The notes under the pieces were generated by a model. The model saw only the letters and a program-made list of their open reading frames with translations, was not told where the DNA came from and did not search any database. Below are positions 31,714 to 40,834 of a DNA stretch of 64,000 nt, in pieces. Every line of letters starts with the position of its first letter. Positions within the stretch are counted from its first letter, which is position 1. A program made the translations under genes and the position numbers. This DNA comes from Promethearchaeota archaeon (GTDB lineage: Archaea > Asgardarchaeota > Heimdallarchaeia > Hodarchaeales > Hodarchaeaceae). Location: positions 32,001 through 96,000 of the forward strand of contig JBHLMN010000004.1 of the NCBI GenBank assembly GCA_048938105.1, written 5' to 3'.

Positions 31714-33480
31714 ATGGTTCATCCAAATGATATTCCTCTATGGCCTGAAAATGTTCCAAAAACGATTGATTATCCTAACATTCCCCTTTTTGCGAACTTG
31801 GATCGTTCAGTCTTAGAGTTTCCAGATCGAACCGCACTTATCCTTGATACTGGAAGTTTTGATAAGGTTGCTCAAATTACTTTTAAGGATGCGGGAGAAT
31901 TATCTGATAAATTTGCTGCATTCCTTGTCGATAAGGGAATACGACCAGGAGACAAGGTAGCTGTTTTTTTACCTAATATGATAGAGTTTGTTATTGCTTA
32001 TTACGGGATTTTAAAAGCGGGAGCGGTTGTTGTTTCATTAAATTTCCAATATCCTGCCAATGAATTAAAAGGTCAATTAGAACAGAGTGAAGCACGAGGG
32101 ATTGTTTGTGCTGATATGATTACTACTACAATTCAGCCATACGAAACCTGTAAAATTGTACGTGACCAAGGGTTCACTTCCTTGGAATTTATTGTAGTAG
32201 CTTCCATTAAACCTTATCTCAAAGGATTCAAAGCATTCCTTGGTGGTTTACTAGGAAAAATTAGCAAGAAGGATCCCCGTGACTTATACATACACGAGAT
32301 TTATGATAACTATCGCGCAGAGGATCGTCCTAATGTTGATGTGAATCCTGATGATGTTGCTGTTATAATGTTCACAGGCGGCACAACTGGAACACCAAAG
32401 GGTGCTATGTTAACACATAAGAATCTTGTTGTGAATGTTGAACAATGTTCTGTTTGGATGCAACCTCCTCTTGAGAGAGGAACAACAGTTGGAATTGGAT
32501 CGCTACCATTTTATCATAGTTATGGAGCAACGACAGCTATGAACTTAGGCGTCCAGTATGGCGCGACAGGGGTCTTGATGCTTGACCCTCGTGAGGATAA
32601 ATTTACTAAGATATTGGAGCTATTACAAAAATATAAAGTTCAAATTTTTAATACCGTACCTACACTCTATATAGCGATTTTAAATCATCCTAATATAAAG
32701 AATTATGATCTAAGCTCATTAAAAGTCAGTACGAGTGGTGCCGCACCTCTTCCCCTTAGTGTATTACAAGAATATGAGCGAATTACAGGTGCGAATTTGT
32801 CAGAAGGTTATGGGTTGACAGAAACATCTCCTGTTACTCATTCAAATCCCATGGCTGCAGCTCCAGGGCATGACAAACCATTGAAAAAAGAAGGAAGCAT
32901 TGGTATACCCTATCCAGACACTGATTGCATAATAGTCGATGTTGAGACAGGAACTAAAAAACTCGGAGTGAATGAAGAAGGAGAAATAGCGATTCATGGT
33001 CCTCAAGTAATGAAGGGGTATTATAGAAAACCTGAAGAAACTAAAGCAGTTTTTAGAGAAATTAACGGTGAGAGATATTTTTTAACTGGAGATATCGGTA
33101 AATATGATGAAGATTTCTACTTCTATGTAACTGATCGCAAAAAAGACATGATTGATGTAGGAGGATTCAAGGCATATCCTAGGGAGATCGAAGAAGTCCT
33201 CATTACTCATCCAAAGGTATCTAATGCAGCTGTCATTGGAGTTCCTCATCCAAAAGTTGGAGAGACAGTCAAGGTGTTTATTGTCCCTAAAGTAGGGGAG
33301 GCGCTTACGAAAGCTGATATTCTTGCTTATTGCAGGGAAAAACTAGTGAAATACAAACAACCCCATGATGAGAGTTATATCGAGTTCAGAACAGAATTAC
33401 CGATGACTCAAGTAGGAAAAGTACTTCGTCGTGCTTTAAAAGAAGAGGAGGAATCTAAAAAAGATAAAAATAATTTCTGA
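31714..33480 (+). CDS. Long-chain-fatty-acid--CoA ligase (start probably ATG 31714)
   Basis: FTGGTTGTPKG, EGYGLTE, TGDIG, DRKKD, GKVLRR; GGTGA RBS before 31714. Confidence 0.92.
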   Translation: MVHPNDIPLWPENVPKTIDYPNIPLFANLDRSVLEFPDRTALILDTGSFDKVAQITFKDAGELSDKFAAFLVDKGIRPGDKVAVFLPNMIEFVIAYYGILKAGAVVVSLNFQYPANELKGQLEQSEARGIVCADMITTTIQPYETCKIVRDQGFTSLEFIVVASIKPYLKGFKAFLGGLLGKISKKDPRDLYIHEIYDNYRAEDRPNVDVNPDDVAVIMFTGGTTGTPKGAMLTHKNLVVNVEQCSVWMQPPLERGTTVGIGSLPFYHSYGATTAMNLGVQYGATGVLMLDPREDKFTKILELLQKYKVQIFNTVPTLYIAILNHPNIKNYDLSSLKVSTSGAAPLPLSVLQEYERITGANLSEGYGLTETSPVTHSNPMAAAPGHDKPLKKEGSIGIPYPDTDCIIVDVETGTKKLGVNEEGEIAIHGPQVMKGYYRKPEETKAVFREINGERYFLTGDIGKYDEDFYFYVTDRKKDMIDVGGFKAYPREIEEVLITHPKVSNAAVIGVPHPKVGETVKVFIVPKVGEALTKADILAYCREKLVKYKQPHDESYIEFRTELPMTQVGKVLRRALKEEEESKKDKNNF

Positions 33481-33537
33481 TCTTTAATTAAAAAGTGTAA
33501 ATACTACAACCTCCCTCTTCTCTCAATCAGGGAATTT

Positions 33538-34092
33538 TCATATAATTATGGATTTTCCTCCAGTTGGTTTGATAGTTAAGGTGTAATCACTTATCCGAAA
33601 ATCAACTGACATACCAGTGTCTCCACCTATAAATTCCTTGATTAATGGGATATTCGCTTCTTTCAATAGTTTCTTTACTTTTTGGGCATTTTCTTTTCCT
33701 ATTTTCATCGTTAGTTTTGAATAGCCAAACATTTCCGCCCCTCCTATCATTTTTGCGACAAAAGACTTTCGACGATGTTTTCCAGTAGTATTTTCAAGCT
33801 TACTAATCATTGTGGGGATAGCGATATCTGCAAATCTTGTTGATCCAAACCTATTTTTATCATTTATATGTTTTTTATTTACCTTTTGCGATTCTGGGAG
33901 CATTATATGTCCCATAATTGCGTATTTTTCGGGATTATCATCATCAGGGTATAATACCGTTCCGACACATGAACCTAAAGAAGTTATTTTCAAAGTATCA
34001 CATGATGAACCTAGTATAATTTCGCCAATTCCGACATAAAGGATTTTACCCACTTCGGAATCCCTTTTTAAGAATTGTTTCAGGTTAATCAC
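33538..34092 (-). CDS. cheD: Chemoreceptor glutamine deamidase CheD
   Basis: SLGSCVG, HIMLP, FAD.AI, AKMIGGAEMF, IG..N. Confidence 0.92.
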   Translation of the reverse strand: MINLKQFLKRDSEVGKILYVGIGEIILGSSCDTLKITSLGSCVGTVLYPDDDNPEKYAIMGHIMLPESQKVNKKHINDKNRFGSTRFADIAIPTMISKLENTTGKHRRKSFVAKMIGGAEMFGYSKLTMKIGKENAQKVKKLLKEANIPLIKEFIGGDTGMSVDFRISDYTLTIKPTGGKSIII

Positions 34093-34125
34093 ATTTTCCT
34101 CCTTATAAAAGCTAGGACTCCTTGA

Positions 34126-34791
34126 TCAGAAATTTTGAGTAAGTAATATGTTAAAAAAACGATCATAAGTAACATTATGAGGAATTAAAATGCATTCAGC
34201 TTTCACACGACTTCTTTCTGAAGAGAGATCACATTCAATAAATATTACATTAGATTTTTTCGCTAAACCATTTAACTCATATTGCTGCAAGGAATCAAGA
34301 TTTCCTATACGTAACTTAGGTTGTGATGGAATAGTGGCGTTTATGCATAAAAATGTGTTCAATGTAAGGATGTACTTTATTAGAATTATCGATCCGATCT
34401 CCCTAATCAGATCCATGAACACTGTACTGAATTCCATAAGTGCTTCAATGTTATCTGCGGGAGGTGATTTTTGACTTAGTATTTCGGTCACTGTTTCTTT
34501 GTCAAATAACACCAGAACAGTATAAAATATATCAGTAATATTGCTTGCAGAAGAAATTGCAATTTGTGTGTCAGTAGGGAATCGAGCTTTTAATAAGTCA
34601 GGAATTGATTCAAATGAAACCATTCTAACTGATGGAACTTTCATAACTATTGGTTGTTCAAGAAATTCAGTAAGAGCACTAGCAGCTTGACCCGCACCCA
34701 TAGTTCCGAGTTCTTTTAAGGCTTCTTTTTGGAAATCAGATAATTCCTCGAAATTTTCACTAGGCATTGACATAATTTTCCCGTTAATCAT
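34126..34791 (-). CDS. cheC: CheC-family protein with degenerate phosphatase motifs
   Basis: ALKELGTMGAGQAASAL..FL..PI.M.VP and a second REIGS repeat; immediately upstream of cheD. Confidence 0.82.
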   Translation of the reverse strand: MINGKIMSMPSENFEELSDFQKEALKELGTMGAGQAASALTEFLEQPIVMKVPSVRMVSFESIPDLLKARFPTDTQIAISSASNITDIFYTVLVLFDKETVTEILSQKSPPADNIEALMEFSTVFMDLIREIGSIILIKYILTLNTFLCINATIPSQPKLRIGNLDSLQQYELNGLAKKSNVIFIECDLSSERSRVKAECILIPHNVTYDRFFNILLTQNF

Positions 34792-35012
34792 TCTAACCCA
34801 TATATATCATATAATCATTCGCATTAAAAAAAGCAAAAAACGTTCTAATAGTATATTATCGAAAAAGAACTCCTCTCCTTCCCCTATTAATATTCGCATG
34901 GAATCAGATATGGTAAGAGTCTTTATTTCCTCGAAATCTTAATTTATTACACCTGTTATCTGGATTTAAATCATGCAGATGAACCACTTATAGCATCCTA
35001 GAGGTTAATTTT

Positions 35013-36482
35013 ATGAAAATAAGATGTAAATACAAATGGTATCAGGAGATCTTTTCAAATTTCCCAAAAATCATTAAGGAGGCACGAAAAGCTGCAATAG
35101 ATTTGGGTTTAGATAAAATCCAGAGAGATTCTTTTGGAACCTACCCAGGTAGCTCATCCTGTCCTGGTTTGTTACCTAATTATGTCTTAAATGATATCAT
35201 AAAGGCAAATAAACACGTTATCCCGATGAGAAAAATTGAGGATGAACTTCGTAATGTAATAAAAGACATTTATGGTGATGATTATGATTCTGCAGCCACC
35301 AATACTTGTGAGTCGGCATTGAGGGTTTCTTTTGAAACATTAATGGCTTCACCTATGCTAAGAATGGGTGAGACATATAGAAGTAGGTTTATTACTCCCT
35401 ATGGTGAGGACTCTGAATACATAGCTGCGTATGGAAGACCATTCCCTCCTAAATACAAAAATTTATTTGTTGATAGGTCAGTGACAGGAGGAGAGCTCGC
35501 AGTTGAATCAAAATGCCTTCCAAATCTTGATTCACTGCTTGTAAAACTAGTTGGTACAAAATACGAAGTCCATGGAATAAAATACAATCCTGTACCATTG
35601 ATGACTAGGACAGATGCTCAGAAATCGGTTGAAAGGATTGCATTGGTAGCTGAACGCCATATTGAATCATTGACTGGTTTTGCTACTCTTGGTTACGATA
35701 CTCCAGGATATGGATATGGACAAAAAGATGAGAAATGTATACCCATTCTTAAGAAAGGAATTGGTGATCTTGCTCAACAGTACGATTTACCCTATATACT
35801 TGATGGCGGAGGGGGAATGCCCGTAATTGGTCTAGGACCTAATGATGTTGGGGGGGATATAATGATGTGGAGTATGGATAAATCCGCAAGGGCTCCGATC
35901 TGTGGCCTCATTGTCGGCAAAGAAGAAGTTATGGTTCCAGTTCGTAAAGGATTAGGATTGGGAGGTCAAAGATATGGAGAAGTTTCATCCCATGGTAAAG
36001 CGCGATACTCAATGATGGATCCTGGCAGAGATACCGTTGTTGGGTTAATTGCTGTTCTAAAAATGCTCCGTGATAACCCAGATAAAATTAAAAAACCGAT
36101 TGATCAATATCACGATATTATTGTTAATGAGTTCAGCTCTTTTGAGCCAGCTAGGTTTAAAGATAAGTTGATCCTCACTAAAAGCTATACAATGGGAGGA
36201 ACTGAACTAAATTATGAACAAACTTGGCAAAAAGATGAATTTGGGATTCCTATTTTTAATATGGAGGATATGTTCTCTAATACAAATCCTATAATTGTAG
36301 CATTAGATGAAATGGGGGTCGGTTTAGGAGCAACTGTTTATAGTGGAAACATCTTTTTAACGCCAGGGCTTGGCACTCTCGATGAAGAAGGGGATTTAAT
36401 TAAAGAGAATGCTATCATTATAGCGAAATCACTCCTTAAATCAATTGAAATTACGTGTAAATATGCAGATTTGACTGATTAA
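35013..36482 (+). CDS. PLP-dependent fold-type I enzyme, SelA/DgaE-like, substrate unknown
   Basis: TNTCESAL, ILDGGGG, and WSMDKSARAPICGLIVG resembling SelA FSGDKLLGGPQAGIIVG. Confidence 0.6.
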   Translation: MKIRCKYKWYQEIFSNFPKIIKEARKAAIDLGLDKIQRDSFGTYPGSSSCPGLLPNYVLNDIIKANKHVIPMRKIEDELRNVIKDIYGDDYDSAATNTCESALRVSFETLMASPMLRMGETYRSRFITPYGEDSEYIAAYGRPFPPKYKNLFVDRSVTGGELAVESKCLPNLDSLLVKLVGTKYEVHGIKYNPVPLMTRTDAQKSVERIALVAERHIESLTGFATLGYDTPGYGYGQKDEKCIPILKKGIGDLAQQYDLPYILDGGGGMPVIGLGPNDVGGDIMMWSMDKSARAPICGLIVGKEEVMVPVRKGLGLGGQRYGEVSSHGKARYSMMDPGRDTVVGLIAVLKMLRDNPDKIKKPIDQYHDIIVNEFSSFEPARFKDKLILTKSYTMGGTELNYEQTWQKDEFGIPIFNMEDMFSNTNPIIVALDEMGVGLGATVYSGNIFLTPGLGTLDEEGDLIKENAIIIAKSLLKSIEITCKYADLTD

Positions 36483-36516
36483 CATAATTGAAGGTGTAAA
36501 GGAGAATTATTTTGTA

Positions 36517-37467
36517 ATGGTAGAAATTATAAAGCTAGATCAGATAAAGGAAATTTTGGAAAAGATAGATCCTTTAAAACTTATTGAAGAGGGTTTTATT
36601 GCCTATTCTCAAGGAAAAGTTATAGTTCCTCCAGTAGGGGAGATGATTTTTGAGGATCCACCGGGTGATTGTCATATTAAATACGGATATATCAAAGGTG
36701 GTAATTATTACGTGGTTAAAATTGCTCAAGGATTTTATGATAACCCTAAAATCGGGTTATCATCTATTAATGGCCTTAATCTATTATTTAGCCAGAAAAC
36801 TGGGGAAATAATATGTATTTTACTTGATGAAGGACATTTAACGAACATAAGAACCGCAGCCGCAGGAGCAGTTGTTGCAAAATATCTAGCTCCTAAGAAA
36901 GTGAACCGAATAGGGATTTATGGTTATGGAATACAAGGAAAGATGCAATTAGAGTACTTAAAATCTGTCATTAATTGCCGAGATGCATTAGTGTGGGGAA
37001 GGACACAACAAGGACTGGATAAATACCAAAAGGATATGATAAACTCTGGATTTAACATAGAAACAACTATGAATTCTAAGGATATCACTAAGTCATGCAA
37101 CCTTATTGTAACTTGTACGCCTTCAAAGAAACCTCTAATAAAAGTGGAGGAAGTCGTAAAAGGAACACATATTACAGCAATAGGTTCAGATACGCCTGAG
37201 AAGCAGGAATTGGATGCTGCTATCCTTCAAATCGCTGACCGAGTCGTTGTTGATAGTATTTCCCAAGCAGCTTCTCGGGGGGAGTGTTTCCATGCTATAA
37301 TGGAAAGAAAGATAACAGAAGGTAATTTGATCGAACTGGGGACTATGATATCTAATAGAAAGTTCCAACGTGCGACAGATGATGAAATTACTGTTGCTGA
37401 TTTAACTGGTGTGGCGGTTCAAGACATCCAAATTTCAAAAGCGGTGTATGAAGGATTAAAATCTTAG
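36517..37467 (+). CDS. Ornithine cyclodeaminase / mu-crystallin / archaeal alanine dehydrogenase family
   Basis: LTNIRTAAAG, GYGIQG, HITAIGSD, DLTGVAVQD. Confidence 0.9.
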   Translation: MVEIIKLDQIKEILEKIDPLKLIEEGFIAYSQGKVIVPPVGEMIFEDPPGDCHIKYGYIKGGNYYVVKIAQGFYDNPKIGLSSINGLNLLFSQKTGEIICILLDEGHLTNIRTAAAGAVVAKYLAPKKVNRIGIYGYGIQGKMQLEYLKSVINCRDALVWGRTQQGLDKYQKDMINSGFNIETTMNSKDITKSCNLIVTCTPSKKPLIKVEEVVKGTHITAIGSDTPEKQELDAAILQIADRVVVDSISQAASRGECFHAIMERKITEGNLIELGTMISNRKFQRATDDEITVADLTGVAVQDIQISKAVYEGLKS

Positions 37468-37520
37468 AATTTTTGGGTTACCGAGAAAAAAGATATTATA
37501 ATTTGTTTCATGAGGACAAA

Positions 37521-38636
37521 ATGATGAAAATTGAAACCTTCGACCTTGAGAGGAGACAATCTGTCTGGGAGAATCTTGTACAATTTAATCTTTCAGAAAG
37601 TGGAGTTCATCCTTATACTCTTGAAGAACTACTTGATAAAGAGGAACTAGTCAAATTATTGACTATTCAGCTCGGTTATGGTCAAACAAACGGATCTATC
37701 GAGCTTCGAGAGACAATCAGCCGTTTATATAAAGAAGCAGATCTGGATAATATCTTGGTGACAAATGGTTCTGCTGAAGCGAATTTTCTAGGTATTTGGA
37801 GTAATTTAGAACCAAAAGATGAACTAGTTTTCATGATGCCTAATTATATGCAAATTTGGGGAATTGCCCGTTCTTTTGGAATAATAGTCAAACCATTTCA
37901 TTTGAAGGAGGAGTTGAAATGGCAACCAGATATTCAAGAATTAGAGTCTTTAATATCACCCAAAACAAAAATGATAGCCATTTGTAATCCGAATAATCCA
38001 ACAGGTGCCATATTAAGAGGAGAAACAATGCAAAAGATAGTTGAACTAGCAAGAAAGGCAAATGCATGGATCTATTCTGACGAAATATATCGAGGAGCTG
38101 AATTAAATGGAGAAGAAACACCTAGTTTTTGGGATTTACATGATAAGGTAATAATTAGTTGTGGACTTTCCAAAGCTTATGCACTTCCAGGATTACGAAT
38201 CGGATGGTTGGTCGGTCCTAAGAGGCTCATTGAGAAAATGTGGGGTTATCATGATTATACATCAATTACAGCTGGAATTCTAAGTGATCGAATAGCCACA
38301 TTAGTGTTACAGCCTGAGATGCGACAGAAAATCTTGAAGCGGAATAGAGCTAGGTTGAATAGAAATTTGAAAATATTAAAAGAATGGGTTAACAGACATT
38401 CTAATATATTCCATTTCACTCCTCCTCACGCAGGAGGTATTGCTTTTTTAAAATACAATATAAATATCAATTCCACAGAGTTTACTACTAAATTACGAGA
38501 GGAAAAAAGCGTATTTATTGTCGCTGGTGATTGTTTTGGAATGGACCATTATATCCGTATTGGGATTGGATCAGAAACAAATTATTTATTAGCAGGTTTA
38601 AAGCTCATTGATGAAACTTTAGAAGAGTTTACATAA
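37521..38636 (+). CDS. Class I/II PLP aminotransferase (start probably ATG 37521)
   Basis: NLSESGV, NPNNPTG, DEIY, SKAYALPGLRIGW. Confidence 0.9.
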   Translation: MMKIETFDLERRQSVWENLVQFNLSESGVHPYTLEELLDKEELVKLLTIQLGYGQTNGSIELRETISRLYKEADLDNILVTNGSAEANFLGIWSNLEPKDELVFMMPNYMQIWGIARSFGIIVKPFHLKEELKWQPDIQELESLISPKTKMIAICNPNNPTGAILRGETMQKIVELARKANAWIYSDEIYRGAELNGEETPSFWDLHDKVIISCGLSKAYALPGLRIGWLVGPKRLIEKMWGYHDYTSITAGILSDRIATLVLQPEMRQKILKRNRARLNRNLKILKEWVNRHSNIFHFTPPHAGGIAFLKYNININSTEFTTKLREEKSVFIVAGDCFGMDHYIRIGIGSETNYLLAGLKLIDETLEEFT

Positions 38637-38728
38637 GCGAATATCGATTACACGATAAAAATTTTTGAAACAGTTTTAAAAAACGATTAGAATTGAGAAA
38701 AAGGAAAAAAGGGATTACTCCCTTGAAT

Positions 38729-40822
38729 TCACTTTCTGTAGAGTCTTCGTTTCAAAACAATTCCACTAATAAGCACTAGCATAATTAATGGAAATTCAAA
38801 ACCTGGCCCAGGGGAAGGAATTGAAGCGCTTTCTGTGTCAGTTGTGGTAGTTTTTGTTTTGGTTTTAGTAACGGTTTTGGTAGGAGTAGTAGGTGGTGTT
38901 GATGTCGGTGTAGTTGATTCTTCTGCGGTTGTCGTGGGAGTTGTGGTCGGTGTAGTTGGTTCTTCTGTGGTTGTCGTGGGAGTTGTGGTCGGTGTAGTTG
39001 GTTCTTCTGTGGTTGTCGTGGGAGTTGTGGTCGATGTAGTTGGTTCTTCTGTGGTTGTCGTGGGCTCCTCTGGGGGATTTACACTAAAGTGCCATTCAGG
39101 GTGTCGTGTTAAAGTGGTGTACATATCAGGTACACTTCCAACCCATTTGTAAGGTCCCGAACCAGTCATATGTGTAGAAGTTGCTGGAATCCAATTCTCA
39201 AAATCAGGCCCATGAGAATCCCAAATATTACGGGGTAACACGGGTAGATTAGTGGATATGATCCACTCCTGGTACCCACTTCTGTTACTGTAAATTTCGA
39301 CTGTATAATCATCTGGGCTGTCAACACGGTATATATTAGCTAGTCGCCACCCCTGTTGTGGACTTCTTGGCCAAATAGTTTCAAAGGAGTACTCGACATC
39401 AGCAGCGTTGACTGGATCCCCATTATGCCAAGTGGCATTATGGTAAAGGTGGAAGGTGAACTTCTGGCCATCTTGAATACCACCACCAGCAGTAGTCTCC
39501 TCAATTGTCCAATCGTATGCTAATTGGGGGATTGGATCCCAAGTGTTGGGATCGACTGACCACAGGCCTTCATAGATGTAATTAAAGATCTCTAGAGTAT
39601 CGGCGTAGTTAGCATTAAGGATATTGGTGGTTTGAAACTCTTGAAATCCACCACATCTAAATGTTCCACCAAATGGGGCCCCCTCAGAAAGTTTCAGGTG
39701 AACATTTGTGATGCTATATGGATTATCATAACATTTTCCCTGACCTAAGAAGTTAAATAATCCCTCAAATATATCAGTCCGATAAGCACTGAAATATACA
39801 TCGTTATATATAGGAATTATTGGCATTTCATAGGCCAGTAATTGTAAAACTTCTGTAGATGTCATCTTTGCCTCTCCAAGTGTTGGAGCTGACATCATAT
39901 CGTCAATTGCAGCATCAATGGTAGAATTACTAAAAGAATAAAGATTAAAAATGCTTGATCTGAACTCTAGCTCTAAATTCTCATATGGATTGTCAGGAGG
40001 AACTCCCATACTCATGCACGTAATGTTGTAGTTAGCATTAACCATGTCGTTAACGATCTCTTGCCAATCTTTTTCGAAGAACTGTACTCTTAATCCCATG
40101 TCTTCTAATGCCATATAAGCATACTGAGAAGTAATAACAGATGGATAAAAGTCATTAGTAGCGTATATATCAGTTTCACAATCGTAATCATCTAGATCAC
40201 CCGTAGTCCAAGTTCCAGAATCATCAACATCATATTCACGCCAACCATCACCATCTAGATCTCTAAATCCAGCTTTTTCAAGAGTTGCATTCCCAGAAGC
40301 GATATCTGGACTATAGTAATGGACAGGAAGCGAACTCTCAATTTCCCATTCTGTTGCTACAAGTGGCATATGGCTATCAATAGGAACACCAGCACCACCA
40401 TTAGCTTCTTCATTGATTTTGACCTTGTCTAGAGCTATAGCTAACGCTCGACGATACCCTGTGATATTAGTAGGGAATTCTCCGCAATTAAGGGCGAGAT
40501 AACGAATCCTTGAAGCTAGACTGAAATCGACATCAACGTTGGGATCTGTAAGGAGTCCAGGCAAAAAATCGATATCAAATCCAATTGAAAAATCGCACAT
40601 GTCAAGATTACCTTCTCTGAGTGCTATCAACGCTTCTATTTTGTTATCATCAGGATAAACTTGAAAGATCACTTCATCAACGTATCCTCCATAAGGACGG
40701 AAATCAGAACCCCACATTGGATCTACATGTATATTCATTGGTGAGGAGAATACACTATTAGCACAACAAAGAGCCACTAGTGTGAGTGCACTAATTATAT
40801 TAAATAATTTCATTTTTCCCAT
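38729..40822 (-). CDS. ABC family-5 (Opp/Dpp-type) solute-binding protein, circularly permuted, with Thr/Pro linker and PGF-type C-terminal anchor
   Basis: YRRALAIALD, IYEGL, PQLA..W, FTFHL..NATWHNG.PV.AADV.YSF, GSGPYK; tail PGPGFE-TM-KRR. Confidence 0.88.
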   Translation of the reverse strand: MGKMKLFNIISALTLVALCCANSVFSSPMNIHVDPMWGSDFRPYGGYVDEVIFQVYPDDNKIEALIALREGNLDMCDFSIGFDIDFLPGLLTDPNVDVDFSLASRIRYLALNCGEFPTNITGYRRALAIALDKVKINEEANGGAGVPIDSHMPLVATEWEIESSLPVHYYSPDIASGNATLEKAGFRDLDGDGWREYDVDDSGTWTTGDLDDYDCETDIYATNDFYPSVITSQYAYMALEDMGLRVQFFEKDWQEIVNDMVNANYNITCMSMGVPPDNPYENLELEFRSSIFNLYSFSNSTIDAAIDDMMSAPTLGEAKMTSTEVLQLLAYEMPIIPIYNDVYFSAYRTDIFEGLFNFLGQGKCYDNPYSITNVHLKLSEGAPFGGTFRCGGFQEFQTTNILNANYADTLEIFNYIYEGLWSVDPNTWDPIPQLAYDWTIEETTAGGGIQDGQKFTFHLYHNATWHNGDPVNAADVEYSFETIWPRSPQQGWRLANIYRVDSPDDYTVEIYSNRSGYQEWIISTNLPVLPRNIWDSHGPDFENWIPATSTHMTGSGPYKWVGSVPDMYTTLTRHPEWHFSVNPPEEPTTTTEEPTTSTTTPTTTTEEPTTPTTTPTTTTEEPTTPTTTPTTTAEESTTPTSTPPTTPTKTVTKTKTKTTTTDTESASIPSPGPGFEFPLIMLVLISGIVLKRRLYRK
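38909..39064. repeat. 42-bp coding tandem repeat (about 3.7 copies) encoding the 14-aa PTTTPTTTTEEPTT linker
   Basis: Unit tgtagttggttcttctgtggttgtcgtgggagttgtggtcgg at 38909, 38951, 38993 and partially at 39035, with few substitutions. Confidence 0.92.
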
Positions 40823-40834
40823 AAGAACACCTTC

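Noticed and set aside
35013-36482. Selenocysteine synthase or selenoprotein system
   Set aside because: Only fold-level similarity; no selB, selD, tRNA-Sec, SECIS or in-frame TGA readthrough seen.
38835-39152. 105-aa Val/Gly-rich ORF, and the repeat read as a CRISPR array
   Set aside because: It is the antisense of the Thr-rich linker; the repeats are contiguous with no unique spacers, and there are no cas genes.
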